Below, piece after piece: positions 7,080-17,344 of a stretch of DNA of 52,462 bases; position 1 is the stretch's first letter, and each line of letters starts with the position of its first letter. A program made the translations under genes and the position numbers. The stretch is taken from positions 1 to 52,462 of IMG/VR virus record IMGVR_UViG_3300042549_010209; one strand, given 5' to 3'. Under the pieces are notes generated by a model that did not search any database, was not told the origin of the DNA, and saw only the letters and a list, made by a program, of their open reading frames with translations. The DNA is from a virus (Duplodnaviria; Caudoviricetes).

Positions 7080-7810
7080 TCTTCAACTAGGTTTTCTGGG
7101 GTTACTTTATATAATGGGGCTAACCAATTAGTTTCGCCATGGGTGCTAAATGTATTTAAAGGACATAGTAATATACTACCTTTTTCCCTCAATTCCAAGA
7201 ACATTTGAAAATCATTTGGATGTTTTTCTGAGGTCCATTTTCTTAAAATATCTTCATCGTCTTTTAATGTTTTTACTTTAGCAGCAAAAGTCATAGTTGT
7301 GCTATTAAATATTCCAAATAATTGAGTTTCACCTCTATATATTTTAGTTGGATATCCTCCATCTGAATCTACTTCTGGGTTGCCACCTTGAGATGGGGAA
7401 ATAAATTTATCTGGGTGTAAATAAAGGGTCATGTAAGGTGCTCCTAAATTAAATCCTTCCTCTAATACTTCAGGAGAGCCAGATAAATGTATATAATCGT
7501 TTTCTATAAAATAAATTATTTCATCATCAGTGGATTGAAGTGCTTCATCTAATGCTAAATTAAACGTTCCTGCTCCATGACCTACAGAAACATAATTAAT
7601 ATAATCTCTAGAGATATATTTACAAATCATATTGTTTGTCTCCTCAGATATATTATCTGCTATAATTGACCAATCATATTCATTGTAAGGAAATACTTGT
7701 AAAGCATTTTTTAAACAATTTTCATTGGTGATGTAATCAGGTTTTACTTTATTGTAACCTGCATCTGATATACGGTATATTATTTTCATAAAGTTTTTAT
7801 AATGTAACAA
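7061..7810 (-). CDS. GT-A fold glycosyltransferase-like protein
   Basis: IIYFIENDYIH (DxD-like), STHGET; within GT cluster. Confidence 0.65.
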   Translation of the reverse strand: MLHYKNFMKIIYRISDAGYNKVKPDYITNENCLKNALQVFPYNEYDWSIIADNISEETNNMICKYISRDYINYVSVGHGAGTFNLALDEALQSTDDEIIYFIENDYIHLSGSPEVLEEGFNLGAPYMTLYLHPDKFISPSQGGNPEVDSDGGYPTKIYRGETQLFGIFNSTTMTFAAKVKTLKDDEDILRKWTSEKHPNDFQMFLELREKGSILLCPLNTFSTHGETNWLAPLYKVTPENLVEEWKTHI

Positions 7811-8490
7811 CCTGCAGGTAACCCTGAATCATCATTGGTATGTCTAGAGTTGATATTTAATAATTGGTCTGTTACAGGATGATTAATAAATTCAGGTAAA
7901 TTTCTTTGTTTGAAGAATGTTTTAATAGCATCTAAAGTTTCATATAAACAAGAATCATCAAAAATTATATATCCTCCGGGTTGTACTTTATCATATAGCT
8001 CTTCTAAGGTTTCTAATGTGGCAGAATATGCGTCTACATCAATTCTTAATAGTGAGATTTTTTCTATTCCAGAAGTTGGTAAAGTATCTTTAACAAATCC
8101 TTTCAAAAATTTAATTCTTTCTTCATCACCTAAACCATATGTTTTAAAATGGGATTGAACTTCTTCTAAACTAATAGCTAATGGACCAACAGCATTATGA
8201 GTAACATGATTTGTATGTCTTTCTCTATCATAACTATGTTTAGCTATTTCAACTGGTTGGAATCCTTCATATGAATCACATACCCAAATGTTTTTATCCT
8301 GGAATATGTAACTTAAGAATATTGAAAATCCACCTCTCCAAACCCCACATTCTACTACATCACCCTCTACCTCAGATATTTTAGGATAATGTTTGAATAT
8401 TGTTTTGAATTCGTCAGGACGAACCATTGTAATTTTATTGTCAATAAGATCTTGAACTAGATCTTCATAAGTTGTAATTGTTTTTTCCAT
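7786..8490 (-). CDS. TylF/MycF-family sugar O-methyltransferase
   Basis: VECGVWRGG, DSYEG, LRIDVDAY, GGYIIFDD. Confidence 0.9.
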   Translation of the reverse strand: MEKTITTYEDLVQDLIDNKITMVRPDEFKTIFKHYPKISEVEGDVVECGVWRGGFSIFLSYIFQDKNIWVCDSYEGFQPVEIAKHSYDRERHTNHVTHNAVGPLAISLEEVQSHFKTYGLGDEERIKFLKGFVKDTLPTSGIEKISLLRIDVDAYSATLETLEELYDKVQPGGYIIFDDSCLYETLDAIKTFFKQRNLPEFINHPVTDQLLNINSRHTNDDSGLPAGCYIIKTL

Positions 8491-8495
8491 TTTAT

Positions 8496-9386
8496 TTATA
8501 TATTATATTTATTTTTTAACCATTGATAACAATCATTTATAAATGTTTGTGTTTGATCTAAACTTTGTTTTTTTAGATCTTTAACTAAATTTTGTACTAG
8601 AGGAAGGGTCGATACAGCCCAATCTAAATCTTCTTCTCCATATGCTATTCCATATTTTAAGGTAGGAAAACCTTTTCTCCAATCATCCTTTTCTAATCCT
8701 TGTGAAGGAACTACTATTACTATACATCCACACAATGCTGCTAAAGTTGCAATGAATGTTTTGTTACTATAACATATAAACCTTTCAGAATTATTGAAAA
8801 TAGAAACTAAATAATTAATTCTATCTTCTGAGGAAAGACTGTACATATTATCTAAGCACGTGTCATCATCATTGTGAAGTTTGTTTTCTTTAGTTATAGG
8901 GATACCTTTTGTATAATAACAATTACCTTTTCTAGGTAAATTGTAATTTTGAAAAATATCTAAATCAACATCTATAGCTATTAGTTGCCCATCTACGTTT
9001 TGGTTGTTTAGTGTATTAAAATAATCTACAAATTTATATACTTTATCTTTGGGGGAGTATAAAGAAACTTGATTATTCATCAACCATCGTATTTTATTAT
9101 CTATACCCAATATGCTTTGATTGAGATAATTTTGATATGTATGTTCACCGTCTCCTGATGGATAAACAATTATAGTATTTTCTTGAGAATATTCCAATTC
9201 TGTTCCCCAAGGTATAGGGGTGCTAGTATAATTTGATTTAGTAGAGTCTGCATATATGTAAGAATTTTCTCCTAACAAATTTATATTATGAGCTAAATTA
9301 TGACATACCATAGAACCTCCTATATAATCTACATATGTTGGGGTAGGGGAAAATACTATAAAATTTATATTAAAATTATTCATCAA
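8496..9386 (-). CDS. WavQ-like/GT-B glycosyltransferase-like protein
   Basis: GGSMVCHNLAH...IIVYP...AALCGCIVIVVP...YGIAYG pattern. Confidence 0.6.
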   Translation of the reverse strand: MMNNFNINFIVFSPTPTYVDYIGGSMVCHNLAHNINLLGENSYIYADSTKSNYTSTPIPWGTELEYSQENTIIVYPSGDGEHTYQNYLNQSILGIDNKIRWLMNNQVSLYSPKDKVYKFVDYFNTLNNQNVDGQLIAIDVDLDIFQNYNLPRKGNCYYTKGIPITKENKLHNDDDTCLDNMYSLSSEDRINYLVSIFNNSERFICYSNKTFIATLAALCGCIVIVVPSQGLEKDDWRKGFPTLKYGIAYGEEDLDWAVSTLPLVQNLVKDLKKQSLDQTQTFINDCYQWLKNKYNI

Positions 9387-10168
9387 TCTTGATATTTCTT
9401 ATAAAAACGTTTATCTTCTGGTTGGTACCATTCATTTAATGAAGATGGTACACGAGAATAATATCCTAATAATTGTTGGATTTCGGGAGTATATGAATCC
9501 ATTTTATTATATCCTAGAGCTCTTGGGTAATCAAGTAATTGTTTCATAAATGATTTGCTTACTGTAAATGGAATAGCTCTTCTATTAAGTTGGGTTGTGT
9601 TTGGAGCAGATGAATGCCATATGTTAGCATTGAATATTAAAATATCTCCTCTTTTCCCGGTAGCTTGGATAGCATTATTAAAAAATTCTTCATCTGTTGG
9701 TTTTCTTTCTTCTAAATGAGAACCTGTAAGAAGATAAGTCCCGCCGTTTTCAATAGTAAAATCATCTACCATAATTAAACAATTAAGCATAATAGGAAAA
9801 TCACCAGAATAAAATCTTAAGTCACGATGTACTATAGCTGAAAAGTTAGGTTGGTTGGGTAAATTATTTAAAGCACTAAATGAGTTTAAGATACATTTAC
9901 TATGAAAAAAATTATCTTGTAATGATTGAATAAATTGATTTTCAATTAAAGTTTGTAAAAATTCAATAAATATTGGGTTGCTTAATAAAACATGAAGTGC
10001 AACTCCACCTGAGTTAATGTCATTGTTATTGTTTAATTGAATACTTCTATGTTCTAAAAATGCTTTATCCATTTCATCCGATAACAAATTTAACCACCTT
10101 TCATCTATTTGATTACGAATAATGGTGTAACCTTGTTCTTTAAGTTCTTGTGATTGTTCTTTTGTCAT
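9383..10168 (-). CDS. Phytanoyl-CoA dioxygenase (PhyH) family 2OG-Fe(II) oxygenase
   Basis: EQGYTII, HRD, DFTIENGGT..GSH, GDILIF...WH. Confidence 0.88.
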   Translation of the reverse strand: MTKEQSQELKEQGYTIIRNQIDERWLNLLSDEMDKAFLEHRSIQLNNNNDINSGGVALHVLLSNPIFIEFLQTLIENQFIQSLQDNFFHSKCILNSFSALNNLPNQPNFSAIVHRDLRFYSGDFPIMLNCLIMVDDFTIENGGTYLLTGSHLEERKPTDEEFFNNAIQATGKRGDILIFNANIWHSSAPNTTQLNRRAIPFTVSKSFMKQLLDYPRALGYNKMDSYTPEIQQLLGYYSRVPSSLNEWYQPEDKRFYKKYQD

Positions 10169-10830
10169 TTTAAGAATTTTTCAAATTTCTTTCTACTCCT
10201 GATTATTTTTGCTGGGTTTCCATAAGCTAGAACATTATCTGGAAGAGATTTAATGACTAAACTTCCTGCTCCTATTACTGTATTTTCTCCTATTTCTATT
10301 CGATCTAAAACAGTTACTCCTAATGTGATTGCTGAGAATTTTCCTATGGTTACGTATCCTCCAGTAATTGAACCTGCTGATATGCTAGCAAAATCATGAA
10401 TGATATTATCATGTTCTACTTGGGCTCCAGTAGCAAAAAATGTAAAATTACCGATTTTAGCTTTAGGGTTGAAAACACACCCAGCCATTGCTACTATCCC
10501 AAACCCTAGTTCTGTAGTATTTCCTATAACAACTGAAGGGTGAATTGCATTTACAAAAATAAAATCTGGGATGAGATTAATGATTTGTTGGGAAACTAAA
10601 TATCTTGATCCATTGTCTCCTATAGAAATAACTCCACCATATATATCATATTTTAAAATTATTTCTTTTAAATCTTCTTGTCTCCCTAAAATTTTATACC
10701 CGAATCTTTCACTATCTATATCATGTACCGAATCAATTATACCTACAATATTATATTTTTTTTCTTTTTCAATAATATCTATAGTATAATGAGCTTGATT
10801 ACCACCCCCAAATAATATTATATTTTTCAT
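10165..10830 (-). CDS. NeuD/PglD-family sugar acetyltransferase
   Basis: LFGGGNQA, NAIHPS, hexapeptide repeats, EHD, GNPAK. Confidence 0.9.
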   Translation of the reverse strand: MKNIILFGGGNQAHYTIDIIEKEKKYNIVGIIDSVHDIDSERFGYKILGRQEDLKEIILKYDIYGGVISIGDNGSRYLVSQQIINLIPDFIFVNAIHPSVVIGNTTELGFGIVAMAGCVFNPKAKIGNFTFFATGAQVEHDNIIHDFASISAGSITGGYVTIGKFSAITLGVTVLDRIEIGENTVIGAGSLVIKSLPDNVLAYGNPAKIIRSRKKFEKFLK

Positions 10831-11465
10831 TATCTATTGGATTTAGTATAAATTTCAAATTTAGATAAGTCTGGGTAAGGTAGTTCTAGATCATCGTTGT
10901 GTTTTGGTTTTCCATCCATGTCATAAAATTGATTCATGAGTAAAAACCCACGTGCAGCTAACTCAGGCATCATGTAAAAATTCCAACCCAACATATCAAA
11001 ATTATCATCATGGTATGAACATTCACGTCTACCACTATATCTTGCTCTTTTAAACCATAGATATGCTTCATGACTATCCGTTAATATAGCTCCACCTTTA
11101 GATAATTTGAAATGTTTATACGGACCTGTAAATGAAATACACATATGTGTACCTGGTTTATACATTTCCGAAGTAAAACATAGAGCAGAATCCCATACAT
11201 TAGTAGGTTCTAGTTGATAAGCGCCTTTAATGGTTTTACCTTCAACTGGTTTGAATTTAACTTTAGCTCCAGCATGGATTATTTCACATGGTACCGAAGG
11301 GTATGTACGAGATGGGATAGTTATTTCTGTTCCACATACTTTTTCATACATTAATGCTAAAAATAAAGCATTTGATTGGTTATCTACAGTTACTACATAA
11401 GGTGCTCCTGTATATTCAGCTAAACGTTTTTCAAATTCGTTTGTTATATCATAAACATTTTTCAT
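10830..11465 (-). CDS. DegT/DnrJ/EryC1/StrS aminotransferase (short form)
   Basis: FEKRLAEY, DSA, SFTGPYK..GGAILTD, GWNFYM; only 211 aa. Confidence 0.8.
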   Translation of the reverse strand: MKNVYDITNEFEKRLAEYTGAPYVVTVDNQSNALFLALMYEKVCGTEITIPSRTYPSVPCEIIHAGAKVKFKPVEGKTIKGAYQLEPTNVWDSALCFTSEMYKPGTHMCISFTGPYKHFKLSKGGAILTDSHEAYLWFKRARYSGRRECSYHDDNFDMLGWNFYMMPELAARGFLLMNQFYDMDGKPKHNDDLELPYPDLSKFEIYTKSNR

Positions 11466-11488
11466 AACTTAAATATATATAATTAAAT

Positions 11489-12340
11489 TTAATTTTCCAA
11501 ATTTTTATCTATTATTTCAAACATTTCTTTTGGTTTTTCATGTCCTATGAAATGAATTACTTTAGATTTTTTCAAATATTCCATATCGATCCAATAAGGA
11601 AAAACATAATACTCTTGGGGGTTCAAAATTTGGTGAGTTGGAGAAAGAGCATTCATTAATGAATGAAATGATTGTTCCTGAGTATCAATTGTGGTTCTTT
11701 CCCACCCAGTTTTTTCAGATCCATCTTCATTGTATATCCCTGAGAAGTCAAAACATGCTAAAAGCATATTGAATGTGGATGGATTCATAAATTCATCAAA
11801 TATTTTTAAATCAATTCCTTGAAAACCAGCATTTATTCCTACATTTGGATACTTAATTATATCTTGTTGAAATAAGTTAGATAATTGTTGTGCTAAAGAT
11901 TTATCACATCCTGGGTTAGCTGGTTCAGTTATGCTAAATGGGGTTTTAGTTTCTAGGCATGTTTTTAGTTGATCTAAATCATTGCTATTAAATAACACAT
12001 CATATTCTATATTTAAAACATAATCATAACTGAATACTCTTCTTAGGTAATGATTGATTAAGATATGGTAGAAATGGACAAAATTAGGGATATTAGAAAT
12101 AAATTCTTCGTTTCCATACTCACTATTTTTTAGATAGTTACCCATATCTTCTTTAGAGTACCAAAAACATTTATATGGTAATTCATCAATTTTTTTAGAC
12201 CATTCATCTTCATAATCATGTTGGTCCAAAATAACATGAAATTCAAATTCCAAATTAGGAAAATGTTTTTTTAATTGGAACATAGTATAATATTCCATTT
12301 TCCCTTTTTTATGCCAAAGACGAGCTACAGGTATTTTCAT
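11489..12340 (-). CDS. Glycosyltransferase-like protein (GT8-like)
   Basis: EYDVLF, INAGF, EQS, IHFIGHEKP. Confidence 0.65.
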   Translation of the reverse strand: MKIPVARLWHKKGKMEYYTMFQLKKHFPNLEFEFHVILDQHDYEDEWSKKIDELPYKCFWYSKEDMGNYLKNSEYGNEEFISNIPNFVHFYHILINHYLRRVFSYDYVLNIEYDVLFNSNDLDQLKTCLETKTPFSITEPANPGCDKSLAQQLSNLFQQDIIKYPNVGINAGFQGIDLKIFDEFMNPSTFNMLLACFDFSGIYNEDGSEKTGWERTTIDTQEQSFHSLMNALSPTHQILNPQEYYVFPYWIDMEYLKKSKVIHFIGHEKPKEMFEIIDKNLEN

Positions 12341-13230
12341 TTTGTAAAATATTCGTTTAAGTATTCATGTAAACACACTTTCCAATTTCTCATATAATTT
12401 CTATCCAAATCATTTAATGATTTATTTATTAATTTTTCTGAGTATGGGCGTGGGGCGAAGTATTCTGTTTTAAAATAGTCACTATCTACTTTATGTACTG
12501 TTAATCCTAAATTAAGATATTCATTTATAGCTACAGCGGTTTCATATCTACTAGCTTCACCTTGACTTACCATATTATATAGTCCGTATGGAAGTTCTTC
12601 TTCAATATGTCTTAAAATGGATGAAGCAAAATCTTTAGTATAAGTAGGTACTCCTAACTTATCATCAACCACAAATAATTCTTTAACACCTGATTTGACT
12701 TGTTTCATTATTTTATTAACGAATTTTTTATCTTTTTCAGGTCCACCTCCCATCATCCATCCAGCTCTGAATATCCAGTATTTAGGGTAGTCTTGGTTTA
12801 ATAGAAGTTGTTCAGTAAAATATTTACTTTTTCCATAAGCACTTAAAGGATAAGGTTGATCTTCTTCAGTATAAAATTCTTTATCATTACCAAATATACC
12901 GGCAGTACTTATGAAAACATATGGTATATTTAAATCTTTAGCTAAATTAAATAAATGCATAGCAGCAATTGTATTTGTTGAATAACAATCATCTTTTTCT
13001 TGCTCACAATATTCTAAATCTACTAAAGCAGCAAAATTTAATATTATATCTGGTTGGTATTCTTTAACTAGGTTAGCAGTATATTCAATATCTCTAATAT
13101 CACACCATTTAACATTTTCTGAAGTTTCTTTATCTGTTAAGAGGTAATTTTGAGTATCTGTTAGGTTTTGTAAAGTAGTACCTAACATTCCATTAGCACC
13201 AGCTATAAAAACCTTTTTATAGTTTGTCAT
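12337..13230 (-). CDS. rmlD: dTDP-4-dehydrorhamnose reductase-like SDR
   Basis: GANGMLG, YGKSK, GVPTY, APRP. Confidence 0.85.
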   Translation of the reverse strand: MTNYKKVFIAGANGMLGTTLQNLTDTQNYLLTDKETSENVKWCDIRDIEYTANLVKEYQPDIILNFAALVDLEYCEQEKDDCYSTNTIAAMHLFNLAKDLNIPYVFISTAGIFGNDKEFYTEEDQPYPLSAYGKSKYFTEQLLLNQDYPKYWIFRAGWMMGGGPEKDKKFVNKIMKQVKSGVKELFVVDDKLGVPTYTKDFASSILRHIEEELPYGLYNMVSQGEASRYETAVAINEYLNLGLTVHKVDSDYFKTEYFAPRPYSEKLINKSLNDLDRNYMRNWKVCLHEYLNEYFTK

Positions 13231-13840
13231 ATAAATCGTTTTGTTTCTCTTGTTTACTTATTGTTTTTGGATGATTTAGAGCAAAGTATTCTACATCGGG
13301 CATAGCGGTATATGTTTTAAAACCATCTAAACGCTCATGTACTTTGTTTACCCATTGAATCTCCGGTTTATTTTTCCAAATACGCCATTGGTAATCAGGC
13401 CAATTAACCCATCCCGCATCATTTACTCTCCATCCCCATTTTGCAATATGTTCGGGAGTTAAACCCTCTACTGTGTTTACTCTTGGTACCATAAAAACAT
13501 CTATGTCTTCATTTTCAGCTAGTACATCAGGTAAAACCGCTATTAGGTTTTCATTTGGCATTTCATCGGCATCAATTTGGAATATATGATCACCACTGCA
13601 CAGACTGGATAGTTTATTTTTCCAGTCTGCGAAATGTTTGTTGAATTTTCCTTTATGCCAACTAAATTCTCCATTAATGGAGTGAGTTCGCAGGAATAAT
13701 TCTATCTCCGGGTCACCATTTACTTCATCGTATAGTATTACTATGTTGTCTTGGATACGTTTGTGCTGAAGTAAAAAGCGCACTAAACGTTGAATTTCTA
13801 CAAATTCATTACAGACTGTAATTGCATAACTTATTCTCAT
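13217..13840 (-). CDS. Glycosyltransferase family 2
   Basis: ISYAITVCNE, IDADE, PDYQ.R, VHE. Confidence 0.85.
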   Translation of the reverse strand: MRISYAITVCNEFVEIQRLVRFLLQHKRIQDNIVILYDEVNGDPEIELFLRTHSINGEFSWHKGKFNKHFADWKNKLSSLCSGDHIFQIDADEMPNENLIAVLPDVLAENEDIDVFMVPRVNTVEGLTPEHIAKWGWRVNDAGWVNWPDYQWRIWKNKPEIQWVNKVHERLDGFKTYTAMPDVEYFALNHPKTISKQEKQNDLYDKL

Positions 13841-13872
13841 GTTTTTAATATATGAAACCTTTTTTAAATATC

Positions 13873-14340
13873 CTACTTGTCTTGAAATATTCCAATATGA
13901 TCTAAAGCCTCTATATAATCACGTTCAGGGTATACTTTCATATTAGCCATATCCATTTTATATTCCATAAATTCACCGGGTTTACCTGGGATTGGATGAT
14001 TTGGTCGGTCTTCTTCTGAAAGTTTAATTGATTTTACAGCTGCCCATCCCCAATTTGAAGCATTTCTTCCGTTTGCAAATATCATCCCCAATTCAGGTTC
14101 GTTAATTGTATTTGGAATCCAAGTTAAACCTGTTTTTTCATCTACCCAAGCTAAATCTTTATACAACTCAGGTAACGTTTGCATTTGGGCTTCATAAAAA
14201 TCCTCACCTTCTTTCATTAAGCTGTTAGTCCAATAACCACAACTTAAACTTAGGTAATTTGAAATGTCAGGTGTTACTTGTGTTTTATAACATAAATCCC
14301 CTCCTGATTTAGGGCATTGAATTATTTCTTCGTGTTGCAT
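13873..14340 (-). CDS. Hypothetical protein (possible Zn ribbon)
   Basis: CPKSGG..CY...SCGY; operon context. Confidence 0.75.
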   Translation of the reverse strand: MQHEEIIQCPKSGGDLCYKTQVTPDISNYLSLSCGYWTNSLMKEGEDFYEAQMQTLPELYKDLAWVDEKTGLTWIPNTINEPELGMIFANGRNASNWGWAAVKSIKLSEEDRPNHPIPGKPGEFMEYKMDMANMKVYPERDYIEALDHIGIFQDK

Positions 14341-15632
14341 TATGCTTCTACTTTTTTAAGTTTAGGTAATTCGATTTTTTTCAATTGAGGTAATTGCAAT
14401 GGTACTTGTTTTGGAAATTCAGGTATTCTTTCATTGAAAACACTATTTAATTTCTCTTTCATGTTTTCAAATGAGAATTTTGATCTTGAATGGAATCCTT
14501 GACGTTTTGCTTTTTCAAGATATGGTTTATAGTTGTCAAATACATCTTTCAAATAATGTCCTATATGTCCATGATCAACAGAAAACCATTGTGCTTCTTT
14601 CATTAACATGTTGTTGGCTGCACTTGGATGAACTTCAGTTAATGTTCCTTGAAGTAATGTAGTGAATTCTGGGTTTAAATAATCAGTATGTCCACTCCAA
14701 TTTGTTGTAATTATTGGTTTGTTTACCATAGAGAATTCAAGTAACGGACGACCAAAACCTTCTCCTTTAGTTAAATTAACCATTGCTTTAACTTTAGAGT
14801 GGTTATATATCTCATTCATCTCCCCATCTGTAAATTCACCATGAAGTAAATATACATTAGGTAAATGGGTTGATTTACATGATTCTTTAATAGATGTAAT
14901 TTTTTTCAATATCTCATCTCTATCCATATATGAAGAACCTACTTGAGATGTTTTTAAGATTAATGCTGGTTTTTTAGTTTTGTTTTTGAATGTTTCAAAG
15001 AACGCTTTAACTAGTAAACCTACATTTTTTCTATCCTCATTTATTTGCCCTTGCATCCAATGTCCTACAAATAGGTAAGCAAAATCTTCCTTAATTGAAG
15101 ACAAATCAAAATCAGATTTAACAGGTTTGTAAGTATTAACGTCTGCTCCTTCAAATATTACTTCGCTATTTCCTTTCCATTCAATGAATCCCATTGATTG
15201 GTTTGTTTGTTGGTCGCGTTTTTCAAATTTAGAACTTTTCAACACATTAATTGTGTGATTTGATGAACCTAATATTAAATCCATTCTACTACAACCTTCT
15301 ACCCATTCTGCAGGTGCTATTGTTGTTTCAATACCAGCTGTACATCCAATGTTATATTTTCCAACTTTTTGAAATTCATTTGGAACCGTAATTTGCATCC
15401 AAATTTCTGGTTGAGATGGTAATTGTGGTGAATTTAACATGTGTTTAGTTAAAAATGACCATTCTGGATTGTTTTTGATGAATCCTTTAGGTGTTGCACC
15501 CCATCGTTGAGGTAGGATTTTTACATCATATCTATTTAATTCAATAATCGCTTTAACGATGTCGCGAGAACGTGCTCCATAACCACTATATGTGTCAATC
15601 GGGCAACTAATTATAAATGTTGGTAAGCTCAT
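14340..15632 (-). CDS. Glycosyltransferase family 4 (GT-B)
   Basis: SGYG, DRKN, KGEGFGRPLLEF. Confidence 0.88.
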   Translation of the reverse strand: MSLPTFIISCPIDTYSGYGARSRDIVKAIIELNRYDVKILPQRWGATPKGFIKNNPEWSFLTKHMLNSPQLPSQPEIWMQITVPNEFQKVGKYNIGCTAGIETTIAPAEWVEGCSRMDLILGSSNHTINVLKSSKFEKRDQQTNQSMGFIEWKGNSEVIFEGADVNTYKPVKSDFDLSSIKEDFAYLFVGHWMQGQINEDRKNVGLLVKAFFETFKNKTKKPALILKTSQVGSSYMDRDEILKKITSIKESCKSTHLPNVYLLHGEFTDGEMNEIYNHSKVKAMVNLTKGEGFGRPLLEFSMVNKPIITTNWSGHTDYLNPEFTTLLQGTLTEVHPSAANNMLMKEAQWFSVDHGHIGHYLKDVFDNYKPYLEKAKRQGFHSRSKFSFENMKEKLNSVFNERIPEFPKQVPLQLPQLKKIELPKLKKVEA

Positions 15633-15633
15633 T

Positions 15634-17073
15634 TTAGTATAATAATTCGTGTTTAATTGTATCTTCTTTTATCTCGTTGCAATTGATTAGCTCATATTTT
15701 GAGCGCGGGATCCACGTTGAAAATAATTTATCTATCGCGTCTATTACTCTAGTTCCCATTATTTCTCCGGTAAAACCTGCTTCATTTAATGCCCAAACTC
15801 TTCCTGTTTTACCAAGTTCTTTTCTCATTGTTCTACCCAATGCATATACTTCAGAAATACGAGCAGCTGCATCTTCAGCATTACATCTATCATCCCAAAT
15901 ATAAGGTGTTTTAGGTGAACCTTGAATTGATCGGTTTGTTGGATAAACTGGAAATGCCCAGCAACCATGGTTTTTCAATTTGCCAGTATGGTTTGAAGGT
16001 AATTTTTTAGTTGGTACAAACCAATTTCCATACTCGTCTTCAAATCTCATTTGATCTTGCATTCCACCGGTTACATTTGCTATTACTACAGTTCCTGCTA
16101 AAATTGCCTCTGTAATCGATAGACCCCATCCTTCATTTGAAGTTAACAAGATTTGAGTATCTGCAATGTTATACAAGAAATTCAATTCTTTTGACGATAA
16201 TTTATTTGTTGAATAATAAATTGCATTTGGATAGTCTTGGAACAATATTTTACGTACTGCCTCTAAATCTGTTCCATGTTCACTTACTATTTCGGTATGT
16301 AAAACCATAGCACATTTTTGAGCTTTCTCTTTAGTTAATGTATCCAAAAAATACCTAAATGCAAGCATTGTATCCGGGATTTGTTTTCTTCGAATGTTTC
16401 TTGAATTGAAAAACACTACGAAATCTTTTTCTTGACCTGCAAACAATTGATTTCTAAACGCCTCTAATTCTTTTAATTCGTTTTCGTTTTCAATTGGATA
16501 GTAATGGTTTTCATTTAAACCATGAGGAACATACTCTATAATTTTTCCTTCTGTTTTATCACCCAATACCAATTCATTAATTAATTTGGTTTGTTTTGAA
16601 ATAGCTAACAATGCATCACACGATTCATAAAATGCTTTGTTGTACAACGGTGCCGGATAATCATCCCAAATGTTCAAGTAAATAATTGGAATGTTTTGTC
16701 TAATTTCATTTTCAATCATAAACAACCACTCAAAATACCTTGGATCCGTGATCAACATAATTGCATCTGGTTTTTCCATTTCAATCAATTGTCTAATTAA
16801 ATCAGCATCTCCATATCCGTTTGACGGATATACTACAACTGAAGAATCTGTTATACCTGCGTTTGTGTTTGTGTCCGCTGATAGATCTAGGCGTTTGCCT
16901 TGCTCGGGGTGGTTAATTGCTCCGGCAATGTTAACCCAATTAAAATGTTGTACTGTATTAAGTACAATTTCACGTGCTACTGTTGCTACACCCGAATGTA
17001 CTCTAATGTCGTCGCAAATTAAAAGGATTTTTTTCCTTTCGTTTTGTGGTAAATAACCAAATTTTTCTTTCAT
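15634..17073 (-). CDS. Glycosyltransferase family 4 (GT-B)
   Basis: HSGVA, PHG, RNIRRK, EGWGLSITEA. Confidence 0.9.
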   Translation of the reverse strand: MKEKFGYLPQNERKKILLICDDIRVHSGVATVAREIVLNTVQHFNWVNIAGAINHPEQGKRLDLSADTNTNAGITDSSVVVYPSNGYGDADLIRQLIEMEKPDAIMLITDPRYFEWLFMIENEIRQNIPIIYLNIWDDYPAPLYNKAFYESCDALLAISKQTKLINELVLGDKTEGKIIEYVPHGLNENHYYPIENENELKELEAFRNQLFAGQEKDFVVFFNSRNIRRKQIPDTMLAFRYFLDTLTKEKAQKCAMVLHTEIVSEHGTDLEAVRKILFQDYPNAIYYSTNKLSSKELNFLYNIADTQILLTSNEGWGLSITEAILAGTVVIANVTGGMQDQMRFEDEYGNWFVPTKKLPSNHTGKLKNHGCWAFPVYPTNRSIQGSPKTPYIWDDRCNAEDAAARISEVYALGRTMRKELGKTGRVWALNEAGFTGEIMGTRVIDAIDKLFSTWIPRSKYELINCNEIKEDTIKHELLY

Positions 17074-17091
17074 ATAACTGTTAATTTGTTT

Positions 17092-17123
17092 TAAATGTAA
17101 AAAATTTATTTTAGGCTTCCAAA
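17092..17123 (-). promoter_or_regulatory. Bacteroidota-type promoter for GT cluster
   Basis: TTTG-N20-TACATTTA. Confidence 0.6.
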
Positions 17124-17302
17124 CTTAAATCACTGTGATTGTGAACTTGTTTTCTAAAATCTTCGTCTGTTAAATATAGGTGGATTGCTCGTTCACTTAG
17201 TTTTTGGAAGCTAAATTTGCGTTTAATACACTCGATTTTAAATTTGTCAAATAAATCCGTATCTATTTTTACGGATGTTAATACTTGGTTTTTCTCACTC
17301 AT
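17111..17302 (-). CDS. Ribbon-helix-helix-like small DNA-binding protein
   Basis: LTSVKI strand followed by two helices (LFDKFKIEC...SFQKLSERAIHLYL). Confidence 0.65.
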   Translation of the reverse strand: MSEKNQVLTSVKIDTDLFDKFKIECIKRKFSFQKLSERAIHLYLTDEDFRKQVHNHSDLSLEA

Positions 17303-17344
17303 ATGTTTTGTTTTTATGTTATTGTATATACATATGGTGATATA

